Assembly (NCBI GenBank): GCA_034104345.1
Contig: JAXEDY010000015.1
Coordinates: 2,891-66,890 of the forward strand
DNA: 64,000 bases
Source: Christensenellaceae bacterium
GTDB taxonomy: Bacteria > Bacillota > Clostridia > Christensenellales > Borkfalkiaceae
Reading direction: 5' to 3'
The notes below the pieces were generated by a model that saw only the letters and a list, made by a program, of their open reading frames with translations, had not been told where the DNA came from and ran no database searches. The position numbers and the translations under genes were made by a program. Each line of letters begins with the position of its first letter. The stretch's first letter is position 1. This document shows positions 47,262 to 56,576 of the stretch, piece by piece.

Positions 47262-48668
47262 ATGAAAAAGCAGGATAATCAGACCATAAACATGTTCGAT
47301 TCGGATAACGGCGACGACGCGTTCAAAAAAGGCGATAACGGCGGCTTGTTTAGCGCGGGGGCGGGAACGGAAAACCCCGACAGAGCAAAACTTGTTCCGC
47401 TCGCCGAACGCATGCGCCCCGTAACCATACGCGAATTTTTGGGGCAAAATCACATTGCCGAAGAAGGCAGTCTGCTTCGCCGCGCCATTCAGCTCGACAG
47501 GCTGGGAAGTTGCATTTTTTGGGGTCCCCCGGGGTGCGGAAAAACCACGCTTGCAAACATAATAGCAAACTCGACGAGCGGCTATTTCGTAAAATTAAAC
47601 GCGGTTTCGAGCGGGGTTGCCGACGTTAAGCGTGTTGCCGACGAAGCGCGCGAAAACTTAAAACTTTTCGGCAAAAAAACCTATTTACTTTTAGACGAAT
47701 GTCACAGATTCAACAAAACGCAGTCCGATTCGCTTTTGCCGCTTATCGAGCAGGGCACCGTTATTTTTATAGGCTCTACCACCGAAAACCCTTACGCTTC
47801 GATGACTCCCGCAATAGTTTCGCGGTGCCGTGTGTTCGAATTTAAACACCTTGGCGAAAACGACGTAAAAACGGCGCTTTTACGCGCACTCGAAGATAAA
47901 AAACGGGGGCTCGGAAACTATCTTACGAAAGTCGACGACGAAGCGATAACGCACATAGCGCGCACCAGTGGCGGCGATTTGAGGGTGGCGTATAACGCGC
48001 TCGAACTGGCGGTTTTAACGACGCCCGCAGGAGCAGACGGGGTTATTCGCGTTACGCTTAAAGACGCCGAGCAATCGATACAAAAAAAGGCGCTTTCTTT
48101 TGACGAAAGTTTATATTACGACGTGCTTTCGGCTTTTTGCAAAAGTCTGCGCGGAAGCGACAGCAGCGCCGCTCTTTATTGGGCGCAACGTCTTATTTCG
48201 GGCGGATGCGATCCGCTTTTAATTGCCCGCCGCGTTGTGGCGCACGCTTCCGAAGACGTGGGGCTTGCCGATCCGATGGCTATGATTCAGGCGGTTACGG
48301 CTATAGAATCGATAAAAAATTTAGGGCTGCCCGAAGGCATGCTTTCGCTTTCGCAAGCCATAGTTTACGTTTGTGAAGCGCCTAAATCGAACAGGGTGTG
48401 CATCGCAATGGAAAAAGCCGCCGAAAAGGCGAAAAGCGTTTATAACGACGACGTTCCCGCACACCTTAAAAACAGCGTTTACGCAAGCGATAAAGATAAA
48501 GAACTTTCGGCGGGGTATAAATATCCGCACAGTTACGGCGGCTACGTAAAGCAGCAATATCTGCCCGATTCGCTTAAGGGGGAAGTGTTTTACGAGCCTA
48601 CCGAAAACGGGTTCGAAAAAGAAATTAAAGAATTCCGCGCCTTAAAAAAAGAAAAATTCGGCGTATAA
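47262..48668 (+). CDS. rarA: Replication-associated recombination protein A (AAA+ ATPase)
   Basis: Contains GPPGCGKTTLA and LLDECHRFNK, plus the MgsA C-terminal helical domain. Confidence 0.93.
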   Translation: MKKQDNQTINMFDSDNGDDAFKKGDNGGLFSAGAGTENPDRAKLVPLAERMRPVTIREFLGQNHIAEEGSLLRRAIQLDRLGSCIFWGPPGCGKTTLANIIANSTSGYFVKLNAVSSGVADVKRVADEARENLKLFGKKTYLLLDECHRFNKTQSDSLLPLIEQGTVIFIGSTTENPYASMTPAIVSRCRVFEFKHLGENDVKTALLRALEDKKRGLGNYLTKVDDEAITHIARTSGGDLRVAYNALELAVLTTPAGADGVIRVTLKDAEQSIQKKALSFDESLYYDVLSAFCKSLRGSDSSAALYWAQRLISGGCDPLLIARRVVAHASEDVGLADPMAMIQAVTAIESIKNLGLPEGMLSLSQAIVYVCEAPKSNRVCIAMEKAAEKAKSVYNDDVPAHLKNSVYASDKDKELSAGYKYPHSYGGYVKQQYLPDSLKGEVFYEPTENGFEKEIKEFRALKKEKFGV

Positions 48669-48692
48669 TCCGCAAGTTTTGCGTTCTATTTT

Positions 48693-49607
48693 ATGGAAAA
48701 AAGATATTATTCGGCAAACGAGTTTTTCAAGTGGAAATTCGGCGAAAAAGTGTATAAACTTGCGCTTGCGGGCGGGTATACATGTCCCAACCGCGACGGC
48801 AAGGCGGGAACGGGCGGCTGCATCTTTTGTTCGGGCGAAGGAAGCGGCGATTTTGCCGAAAAAAGGATTGGCGGCGATTTTAACGCACAACTTATCGCGG
48901 CGCAAAACCGCCTTAAAAACAAAAACGCAGGCAATAAATTCATTGCTTACTTTCAATCGTTTACGGCAACTTACGCAAGCGCCGATTATATAACGAATTT
49001 AATAACGCCCGCGTTGAAAAGTGGGGCTATATGTTCGTTATCGATTGCTACGCGCCCCGATTGCCTTGGCGATTACGTTATAAAAATATTAAAAAAAGCG
49101 GCGCAAATCAAGCCGCTTTTCGTTGAACTCGGGCTTCAGACATCGAACGAAAAAACCGCCGAAAAAATAAATCGTTGCTATAAAAACGAAATTTATGAAA
49201 GCGCGGTTAAAAAACTTAAAGATATAGGCGTTAACGTGATAACGCACATAATTTTAGGGCTGCCTTTCGAAACCGAAGAGGACATGCTTGCGTCGGTCGA
49301 CTACGCCTGCCGATATACCGACGGCATAAAACTTCAACTTCTGCACGTTTTAAAAGGCACTCCGCTTGAAAAAAGTTATTTAAACGGCGAGTTCGAAACG
49401 CTTTCGCTTGAACGTTACGCCGATATTTTATGCAAAGCCGTTCGCCGAATACCGAAAAACATAGTTATTCACCGTTTAACGGGCGACGCGCCTAAAAAAG
49501 ATTTATCGGCGCCGCTTTGGTCCGCCGACAAAAAGCGCGTTTTAAATTATATAAACGCCGAATTCGAAAAACGAAACGTTATGCAGGGCGAACTTGCGCC
49601 GCAATAA
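48693..49607 (+). CDS. TIGR01212-family radical SAM protein (YtqA-like)
   Basis: The N-terminal cluster CPNRDGKAGTGGCIFC is typical of TIGR01212. Confidence 0.88.
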   Translation: MEKRYYSANEFFKWKFGEKVYKLALAGGYTCPNRDGKAGTGGCIFCSGEGSGDFAEKRIGGDFNAQLIAAQNRLKNKNAGNKFIAYFQSFTATYASADYITNLITPALKSGAICSLSIATRPDCLGDYVIKILKKAAQIKPLFVELGLQTSNEKTAEKINRCYKNEIYESAVKKLKDIGVNVITHIILGLPFETEEDMLASVDYACRYTDGIKLQLLHVLKGTPLEKSYLNGEFETLSLERYADILCKAVRRIPKNIVIHRLTGDAPKKDLSAPLWSADKKRVLNYINAEFEKRNVMQGELAPQ

Positions 49608-49633
49608 TTCAATTTGAAATTTAATAAAAATTT

Positions 49634-49685
49634 AAAACCCGTCTATAAGTCGAAACCTTTGATAATCGACCTATAGGCGGGTTTT
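49634..49685 (+). repeat. Hairpin-repeat family copy R7, acting as terminator
   Basis: AAAACCCGTCTATA-AGTCGAAACCTTTGATAATCGACC-TATAGGCGGGTTTT. Confidence 0.75.
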
Positions 49686-49860
49686 AATTACTGCCATTTA
49701 TCGAAAAAAGCAGCACGCATAAGCGTAAACATAATCGGCTGTTCTCATTTGGGGAAAGTGATTTTTACGGGCGAAGCAAGTAAAAATCGAAAGGCGACAA
49801 GCAACAATCCCTCAGTCAACTTGCGGTGCCGGCTCTCTTTGCTCAAAGTAGCCTTTTATT

Positions 49861-49981
49861 TTATGATTATTGTATAATAAAAAAAGGGCGATTCGTGAAT
49901 CGCCCCTACTATTATATATTTTATGATTATTGTATAATAAAAAAAAGGGCGATTCGTGAATCGCCCCTACTATATATATAA
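49861..49981 (-). repeat. 2 x ~60-bp tandem direct repeat, each unit carrying a GTAG+palindrome (REP-like) terminator hairpin
   Basis: Units are at 49861-49920 and 49921-49981. The minus strand reads GTAGGGGCGATTCACGAATCGCCC+T7 (49886-49909 and 49947-49970). They lie downstream of the minus-strand SDR gene. Confidence 0.85.
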
Positions 49982-50094
49982 GAAAAGCTCATAAATATTG
50001 AGGTCTGTCGATGACCGCTTCTACGATTAAAGATAACCGTTCATACGATAAAAATTATCGTTACAACAACACGGTTATTGCGAAATTTTAACGC

Positions 50095-51000
50095 TCAATC
50101 GCAAAAAACGTCTGAAAAGGTTTGAAGATTCGCGCGTTTTAAAACGGTTTTTATGGCGTTATCCGTAAACGACGGAAATAATTTTCCGAAGACGCTCATG
50201 GCGTGCGCGTCGGCGCCTACCACGATGCGTTTTTTTCTTTTAACAATGTGTTTTAACATTACGTCGGTCATTTTGTCGGGATTGCCGCAAACTTTTGCGA
50301 TAAGCCTTTTTTCTTTTTCCGAAACTTCGGTCTGACTGCGGAATATCGAAGTAGCCGAAAAGCCGGGAAGTATAAGCCCGACGTATAAATCGGGACGTTC
50401 GAGTGCCAGCACTTTCGTAAATGCGGCGATCGCGCTTTTCGAAGCGGTGTAAGCCGCCGTGCCGATAACGCACGCAAGTGCCGCCGAACTCGAAACGTTT
50501 ATTATCGCGCCCTTAAATTTATCGTTAGTCTGCCTCGTTGTTTCGGTGCCGTCAATCAAGCCCATAAGGTGCTTTATCGAATAAACGCCCGCAAAAAAGT
50601 TGGTGGCAAACGTGTTTTCAAGCATGCCGCTTTTTAGTTTTTGAAATTTGCAAAATGGCGGCAGAACGCCCGCGTTGTTAATTAAAACGTCGATGGTTTT
50701 TCCGTTTGAAAGCAGATCGGCTTTAAGATTCGCCCAATTCTGCTCGATACTTACGTCGAACGTTTTATATTCGAAACCGCCTTTGCCGTTCGTTCCGTCG
50801 AAACCGCCCGATAAAAGTTCGTTTTTAATGGCTAAAAGTTTGCTTTCGGTGCGCCCGACGCCTAAAACGTTGCAGTTATAGCGTTTTACAAGTTTTTCCG
50901 CTAAAAGTTTGCCGAACCCCGAACCCGCTCCTGTTATAAGCACGTTTTTGCCGTAAATCCACGCTTTTTTATATTTTTTGTTTAGTTTTAACCTATTCAT
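50095..51000 (-). CDS. SDR-family oxidoreductase
   Basis: Cofactor motif TGAGSGFGK, catalytic motif YTASK, and NNAG. Confidence 0.9.
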   Translation of the reverse strand: MNRLKLNKKYKKAWIYGKNVLITGAGSGFGKLLAEKLVKRYNCNVLGVGRTESKLLAIKNELLSGGFDGTNGKGGFEYKTFDVSIEQNWANLKADLLSNGKTIDVLINNAGVLPPFCKFQKLKSGMLENTFATNFFAGVYSIKHLMGLIDGTETTRQTNDKFKGAIINVSSSAALACVIGTAAYTASKSAIAAFTKVLALERPDLYVGLILPGFSATSIFRSQTEVSEKEKRLIAKVCGNPDKMTDVMLKHIVKRKKRIVVGADAHAMSVFGKLFPSFTDNAIKTVLKRANLQTFSDVFCD

Positions 51001-51051
51001 AATAATAAAATTTTAACATATTTTTTATCATAATAAAAACGAATTTGCCGC

Positions 51052-51090
51052 TTTACTAAAACTTTACATAAAATTTATCATATTTGTAAT
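51052..51090 (+). promoter_or_regulatory. Putative Pho-box array (PhoP/PhoB binding) upstream of pstS
   Basis: Four hexamers in 11-bp phasing: TTTACT (51052), TTTACA (51063), TTTATC (51074), TGTAAT (51085). A possible -10 element TAGAAT lies at 51112-51117. Confidence 0.5.
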
Positions 51091-51174
51091 GCAAGGCGCG
51101 AAAAAAAGAGATAGAATATAGGCGTAAAAAGAAAAAACAAGAACGTCAAAAATAAGTTCAAAGGAGTAAAAATT

Positions 51175-52149
51175 ATGAAAACAAGAAGATTAGGCAAAAT
51201 GTTAAAAAAAATGTTGGTAATCGCGCTCGGCGCAACTTTGACATTAGGCGCAAGCCTTGCGGCGGGTTGTCAAAGCGGGTTTAACGCAGAAAAAAACATA
51301 ACCGTGGTTGCCCGCGATAACAACAGCGGCACGCGCGAAGCGTTCGATACCGTAGTTACCGCCGACGGCGTTAACTACCTTATGATGAAAGAAAACGGTC
51401 AAAAAGTTTTTTATACGACGGATAAGGCAAACTTCTACGAAAAAACGGGCGTTGCCCGCGCGGCGGTAAGTTCGGATCCGCAGGCGATCGGTTACATCTC
51501 GCTCGGCTCGGTCGACGACAGCATTAAAGTAGTTAAAGTAAACGGAGTTGCTCCGTCGAAAGAAACGGTTTTAGACGGAACCTATAAAATTCAGCGTCCG
51601 TTCGTTATTATGACGAATAAATCGGTAACTCTTACGAAGAGAACCGCCGACTTCGTAAAATATCTGCACAGTTCGTCGGTTGAAGCCGATTGCGAAGCCG
51701 CTGGCGTTATTTTCCTTAAAGATCCCGCAAAACGCGCAAACGAAGGCGAACCCGCTATCGAAGTAGGCGAAGCGTTCGTTAAAGACGATAGCCTTACGGA
51801 TATGACCAAAATAGTAGTTCGCGGTTCTACTTCGATGGAAGAAGTTATAACCAAAGCCGCTAAATCTTACGCCGATATTTACGGAGCAGATCCTTCGGCA
51901 TTGTTCGACGTTCAACTTCAGGGGTCGTCGGTCGGCAGAAAAGCGGTCGAAGGCGACACTACGGGTAACGTAATAGGTCTTTCGTCGGCGGCGGTTAAAA
52001 ACGACAAACTTAACAGTTTCAACGTTTGTCTCGACGCGGTAGCGGTTATCGTAAATAAACAAAACGAACTTATAAACGATTTGACTTTGGCAGACTTGTA
52101 TAAGATATACACCGGAGCGATAACAAAGTTTTCGGGACTTAGCAAATAA
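51175..52149 (+). CDS. pstS: Phosphate ABC transporter substrate-binding lipoprotein PstS, apparently circularly permuted
   Basis: Lipobox LAAGC. PstS motifs are present in swapped order: RDNNSGTREAF, AIGYISLG and VNGV...GTYKIQRP come first. VVRGSTSMEEV, LQGSSVGRKAV and LADLYKIYTGAITKF come second. Confidence 0.85.
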   Translation: MKTRRLGKMLKKMLVIALGATLTLGASLAAGCQSGFNAEKNITVVARDNNSGTREAFDTVVTADGVNYLMMKENGQKVFYTTDKANFYEKTGVARAAVSSDPQAIGYISLGSVDDSIKVVKVNGVAPSKETVLDGTYKIQRPFVIMTNKSVTLTKRTADFVKYLHSSSVEADCEAAGVIFLKDPAKRANEGEPAIEVGEAFVKDDSLTDMTKIVVRGSTSMEEVITKAAKSYADIYGADPSALFDVQLQGSSVGRKAVEGDTTGNVIGLSSAAVKNDKLNSFNVCLDAVAVIVNKQNELINDLTLADLYKIYTGAITKFSGLSK

Positions 52150-52193
52150 GTTCGGCAAATAAGTTTTGCAAACAGACTTTGCAAATAAGTTTT
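52142..52193 (+). repeat. Four tandem 13-bp units (GCAAATAAGTTnn), third unit degenerate
   Basis: GCAAATAAGTT occurs at 52142, 52155 and 52181, and the degenerate GCAAACAGACT at 52168. The first unit overlaps the pstS stop codon. Confidence 0.6.
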
Positions 52194-52225
52194 AAAAAAC
52201 GGAAAACGCAACGCCTTAAAGACGC

Positions 52226-52248
52226 AAAGCGGGTAAGAAGTCCGCTTT
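52226..52248 (+). other. Intercistronic hairpin between pstS and pstCA
   Basis: Stem AAAGCGG / CCGCTTT with loop GTAAGAAGT and no T-run. It could be an mRNA stabiliser or a partial terminator. Confidence 0.35.
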
Positions 52249-52287
52249 AATGCGCATAAATCGGCAGCGAAAAAAGAGATAATATCT

Positions 52288-54114
52288 ATGACTTCTGTAA
52301 AATTAAAAGATAAAACAGGAAAAGCGGCGTTTGCCGCGGCGGCGACTATCTGCACGATAGCCGTTGCCGTGGTATTCGTTTTTCTTATTATAAAAAGCGT
52401 TCCGTCGCTTAATAAAATAGGTTTTTTCAACTTTTTGTTCGGCGATAAATGGATGCCCGACCGCGAAGCGTCTTTCGATAAACCGCTTTTGGGTTCTTAC
52501 GGCATTTTCAAAATGATAGTCGGCACGTTTGCCGCTACGGTCGGCGCGCTTATATTCGGCGGAATAACGGGATATTTCGCCGCCGTTTTTCTGGCATTTT
52601 ATTGCCCTAAAAAATTAAAAAAACCGCTGTTTTCGCTCGTAAACCTGCTTGCGGGCATACCTTCGGTCGTTTACGGATTTTTCGGAATAACTTTCTTACT
52701 TCCCGCTCTCGCGTTCATTGCCCCGAATAACGGCAGCGGGCTGCTTGCTACTTCGATAATTTTGGGGATCATGATACTTCCCACCGTAGTTTCGCTTTCG
52801 AAAACTTCGCTCGAAGCGGTGCCGCAAAGTTATTACGAAAATTCGCTCGCGCTCGGCGCAACCAAAGATAAAACGGTGTTCCGCGTGGTTTCGCCCGCCG
52901 CACGGTCGGGTATTACCGCTTCGCTTATTTTAGGCATAGGCAGGGCGCTCGGCGAAACTATGGCCGTGGTTATGGTGGCGGGCAACGCGGTTGCTTACCC
53001 GAACGGCTTATTTTCGTCGTTCCGCGTGCTTACCGCCAACATCGTTCTCGAAATGGGGTATGCGGGCGAAGTGCAGGAAGGAGCTTTAATCGCAACGGGC
53101 GTAGTGCTTTTGCTGTTCGTTCTGCTCGTAAACCTTGCGCTTAACTTTGCAGGAACGCGTGCCGTTAAAAAATTAAGCGGAAAAACGAAACCCGAAACCA
53201 AGTTTACGCTGTTTAATTCGCGCTTTAAAAAATCGATAGGCGATGGGTTGGGCATGTTTTCGGATAAAATCCGCGCGTGCACAATAGGCAAATGCTTTTC
53301 GATAGCGGCAGGCGTTCTTGCGGTCGGCGCGCTGGTGTTGGTTTTAGGATTTATTTTTGTGAACGGGCTTCCCGAACTTATAAAACAGCCGTCGCTTATT
53401 TACGGCGCGTTTGAATTCGGCAGCGATAAAGTTACCGTTCTGCCCGCAATAATAACGACGCTCATATCGGTAGTGTTAAGCCTTTTAATTTCGCTTCCTA
53501 TAGGCATTATGACGGCGATTTTCTTAAACGAATACGCAAAAAAAACAAACTTTTTCGTAAAGGCGGTGCGCGCGGCGATAGACGTGTTAAGCGGCGTTCC
53601 GTCGATAGTTTACGGACTTTTCGGTATGGTAACGTTCGTGCCGTTGTTCGGCGGCGGAACGAGCATTCTGGCGGGCGTTTGCACCGTAAGCATAATGCTT
53701 TTGCCTGTTATCGTCCGCTCGGTCGAAGAAAGCCTTAAATCGGTTCCGGATTCGCTGCGAGAAGGAAGCCTTGCGCTCGGCGCGGGAAAACTGCGCACCA
53801 TATTCAAAGTGGTTCTGCCTTCGGCGCTCCCCGGCATAACTTCGGCGATAATACTCAGCATGGGCAGGGTGATAAGCGAATCGGCACCGTTTATTTACAC
53901 AATGGGTTCGGTTATATGCGCAACGCCCAAATCGCTTACGGAAGGCGGCGCCACGCTCGCGGTTGCGCTTTATCAACTTTCGGGCGAAGGCTGGCACGTT
54001 AAAGAAGCGTATGCCACCGCGGTTATTTTAATAGTTATAGTGCTTGCCTTAAACGTTACGGCAGAACTTATAACTTCTAAAATCAAACGCAATTTGTTCG
54101 GCGCAAAAAATTAA
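52288..54114 (+). CDS. Phosphate ABC transporter permease, PstC-PstA fusion
   Basis: 608 aa with two ABC permease cores: LLAGIPSVVYGFFG..EAVPQSYYENSLALGATK and VLSGVPSIVYGLFG..SVPDSLREGSLALGAGK. Confidence 0.9.
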   Translation: MTSVKLKDKTGKAAFAAAATICTIAVAVVFVFLIIKSVPSLNKIGFFNFLFGDKWMPDREASFDKPLLGSYGIFKMIVGTFAATVGALIFGGITGYFAAVFLAFYCPKKLKKPLFSLVNLLAGIPSVVYGFFGITFLLPALAFIAPNNGSGLLATSIILGIMILPTVVSLSKTSLEAVPQSYYENSLALGATKDKTVFRVVSPAARSGITASLILGIGRALGETMAVVMVAGNAVAYPNGLFSSFRVLTANIVLEMGYAGEVQEGALIATGVVLLLFVLLVNLALNFAGTRAVKKLSGKTKPETKFTLFNSRFKKSIGDGLGMFSDKIRACTIGKCFSIAAGVLAVGALVLVLGFIFVNGLPELIKQPSLIYGAFEFGSDKVTVLPAIITTLISVVLSLLISLPIGIMTAIFLNEYAKKTNFFVKAVRAAIDVLSGVPSIVYGLFGMVTFVPLFGGGTSILAGVCTVSIMLLPVIVRSVEESLKSVPDSLREGSLALGAGKLRTIFKVVLPSALPGITSAIILSMGRVISESAPFIYTMGSVICATPKSLTEGGATLAVALYQLSGEGWHVKEAYATAVILIVIVLALNVTAELITSKIKRNLFGAKN

Positions 54115-54183
54115 ACGAGCGTAAAAAGCATTAAACAAAAACCAAGCGAAGACGTTTTAAAATAAAAGGCGGAAGATAAAATT

Positions 54184-54999
54184 ATGAATATAAAAGACAA
54201 AAAAGCGAAAGAAAAAATGCTGAACGATTTGGTAAGAAGCGGCGAATTTGCGGGCGACTTGTCCGTTAAAAACGCAAACCTTTGGTATAACGATTTTCAG
54301 GCGCTTAAAAACGTGAACATCGAAATTCCCGAAAAAAAAGTTACCGCCTTTATCGGACCTTCGGGCTGCGGAAAATCTACTTTTTTAAAGTGCTTTAACC
54401 GCATGAACGACCTTGTGGAAGGTTGCCGCATCGAAGGCGAGTTTAAAATAGGCGGCACCGATATTTACGGAAAAATCGACGTAAACGACCTTAGAAGAAG
54501 CGTCGGTATGGTATTTCAGAAGCCTAATCCTTTCCCCGCGAGCGTTTACGACAACGTTGCTTACGGACCGCGGACCGTAGGAATAAGAAAACGCGCCGAG
54601 CTCGACGAAATAGTAGAAAAATCCTTGCGCGGCGCTTCGATGTGGGACGAACTTAAAGGCAGGCTCGATAAATCGGCTTTGGCCCTTTCGGGCGGACAAC
54701 AGCAACGGCTTTGCATAGCGCGCGCTTTGGCGGCAAACCCGCACGTTCTGCTTATGGACGAACCCACTTCGGCGTTAGATCCCATATCCACGGGCAAAAT
54801 CGAAGAACTTATCGAAGAATTAAAAAAGAAAGTTACGATAATAATAGTAACGCACAACATGCAGCAGGCAACGCGAATTGCCGATAAAACGGCGTTCTTT
54901 TTACTCGGCGAACTTGTGGAATACGGCGATACCGAAAAGATTTTTACGTCGCCCGAAGACAAGCGCACCGAAAATTATATTACCGGCAGATTCGGTTGA
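54184..54999 (+). CDS. pstB: Phosphate ABC transporter ATP-binding protein
   Basis: Contains [23 protein letters not shown] and [11 protein letters not shown]. Confidence 0.97.
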   Translation: MNIKDKKAKEKMLNDLVRSGEFAGDLSVKNANLWYNDFQALKNVNIEIPEKKVTAFIGPSGCGKSTFLKCFNRMNDLVEGCRIEGEFKIGGTDIYGKIDVNDLRRSVGMVFQKPNPFPASVYDNVAYGPRTVGIRKRAELDEIVEKSLRGASMWDELKGRLDKSALALSGGQQQRLCIARALAANPHVLLMDEPTSALDPISTGKIEELIEELKKKVTIIIVTHNMQQATRIADKTAFFLLGELVEYGDTEKIFTSPEDKRTENYITGRFG

Positions 55000-55112
55000 T
55001 ATAAAAAACGAGAGATAAAAGTCGCCTTTTCGGTAATTTGTGATGACGAATGAAATACCTGAATTAAAATAACTAAAAAAAATACTTGAAAAAAGGAGTG
55101 CGATATTATATA

Positions 55113-55757
55113 ATGAGTATAAGAAACAAATACGAAAAAGAACTTGAAAGCGTTTTCAATAAACTTATAAAAATGTGTCATACCGTTGAAACGGCAATCG
55201 AAAAATCGATAAACGCCCTTATAAACCGCGACTACAAACTTTCGCGCGAAATAATGGAAGAAGATAAAATCGTCGATCGGCAGGAACGCGAAATCGAGCA
55301 GGATTGTTTGAAAATTCTGCTTATGGAGCACCCCGTTGCGGGCGATTTCCGCGACGTTTCGGCGGCGCTTAAAATGATAACCGATTTAGAGCGCATAGGA
55401 GATCAGGCGGCGGATATTTCGGAACTTTCGCTTGCGTTCGGCGACCAGCCGTTTATTAAAAAGCCCGAACATATCGAACTTATGGCAAAACTCGTAATAA
55501 GCATGGTTAAAGACGGCGTTCACAGTTATATAAACCGCGACGAAAAAGCGGCAGCCGAACTCGATAAGCGCGACGATAAAGTAGACGAACTTTTCGAAAC
55601 GGTTAAAAAAGAACTCGTGGGACTGATACGAAAAGATCCCGAAAACGCCGATCAGGCTATACTTTTTATGATGATCGCAAAGTATTTGGAACGCATAGGC
55701 GACCACGCCGTGAACATCGGCGAGTGGGCGGAATATGCCGCAACAGGCACGCGTTAA
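55113..55757 (+). CDS. phoU: Phosphate signalling complex protein PhoU
   Basis: Two PhoU repeats with the (E/D)xxxD motifs DLERIGDQA and YLERIGDHA. The ATG at 55113 is preferred over the TTG at 55086. Confidence 0.93.
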   Translation: MSIRNKYEKELESVFNKLIKMCHTVETAIEKSINALINRDYKLSREIMEEDKIVDRQEREIEQDCLKILLMEHPVAGDFRDVSAALKMITDLERIGDQAADISELSLAFGDQPFIKKPEHIELMAKLVISMVKDGVHSYINRDEKAAAELDKRDDKVDELFETVKKELVGLIRKDPENADQAILFMMIAKYLERIGDHAVNIGEWAEYAATGTR

Positions 55758-55777
55758 ATGTTTTTTAAAAAAATGCC

Positions 55778-55810
55778 TAAAGTGGCGATAATCGACCTAT
55801 AGCCTCACTT
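55778..55810 (+). repeat. Hairpin-repeat family copy R8
   Basis: TAAAGTGGCGATAATCGACCTATAGCCTCACTT, between phoU and the response regulator. Confidence 0.7.
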
Positions 55811-55842
55811 ATTAAAAAATCGAGGCAAAAAAAGGAGCATAA

Positions 55843-56550
55843 ATGAACACTGAAAACAAAAAATGGAACAAACTTATTTACGCTGTAGACGACGAACAAT
55901 CGATACGCGAAGTTTATTCGTATGCTTTAACTTCGGCGGGTTTTAAGGTTGAATGTTTTTCGTGCGGAGAAGAGCTTTTCGACGCGCTGCGGGGTGTCGT
56001 TCCCGACCTTTTTATTCTTGATATAATGCTCGACGGGCTCGACGGCTACGCAATACTCGAAAGGCTTAAAAAATCGCCGAAAACCGCCGACGTTCCCGTT
56101 ATAATGGTTTCGGCAAAAACCGACGAAATCGATAAAGTCCGCGGGCTTAATTTAGGCGCCGACGATTACATATCGAAGCCGTTCGGCGTTTTGGAACTTA
56201 TAGCGCGGGTGAACGCAAAATTAAGAAGCGTACAAAAATCCGCCGAAAAACAGCGGATTTCTTACTGCGGAATAGTTATCGACGACGAAAAGCACGAAAT
56301 AACCGTAAATGGCGAAAAGTTAAGTTTAACCTTAAAACAATACGAACTTTTAAAACTTTTGGTAAAAAACGCCGAAAAAGTGCTTAAACGCGAAGATATT
56401 TTAGACGCCGTTTGGGGCGAAAATTACGGCGAAACGCGCACTCTCGACATTCACGTCGGCGATTTAAGAAAGTTTTTAAACGGCTCCGAAGCCGAAATCG
56501 TTACCGTTCGCGGAGTGGGTTACGTTCTGCGCGCCGCCGGTAAAGAATAA
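55843..56550 (+). CDS. phoP: OmpR/PhoB-family response regulator (PhoP-like by context)
   Basis: Receiver domain (DDEQSIRE, ILDIMLDGLDG, SAKT) plus a winged-helix output domain (TVRGVGYVL). Located in the pst-phoU cluster. Confidence 0.9.
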   Translation: MNTENKKWNKLIYAVDDEQSIREVYSYALTSAGFKVECFSCGEELFDALRGVVPDLFILDIMLDGLDGYAILERLKKSPKTADVPVIMVSAKTDEIDKVRGLNLGADDYISKPFGVLELIARVNAKLRSVQKSAEKQRISYCGIVIDDEKHEITVNGEKLSLTLKQYELLKLLVKNAEKVLKREDILDAVWGENYGETRTLDIHVGDLRKFLNGSEAEIVTVRGVGYVLRAAGKE

Positions 56551-56576
56551 ACGCATAAATAAAAAAGTAAAAAATT

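Noticed and set aside
49686-49855. 170-nt unassigned region between two terminators, considered as a small RNA or a 19-aa Cys-containing peptide (MRTADYVYAYACCFFDKWQ, minus strand) next to a radical SAM gene
   Set aside because: I found no convincing promoter on either strand and no SD for the peptide. The adjacent radical SAM gene is the housekeeping TIGR01212 type rather than a RiPP maturase. The region contains one 9-bp hairpin (GATTTTTAC/GTAAAAATC), but I recognise no known motif.
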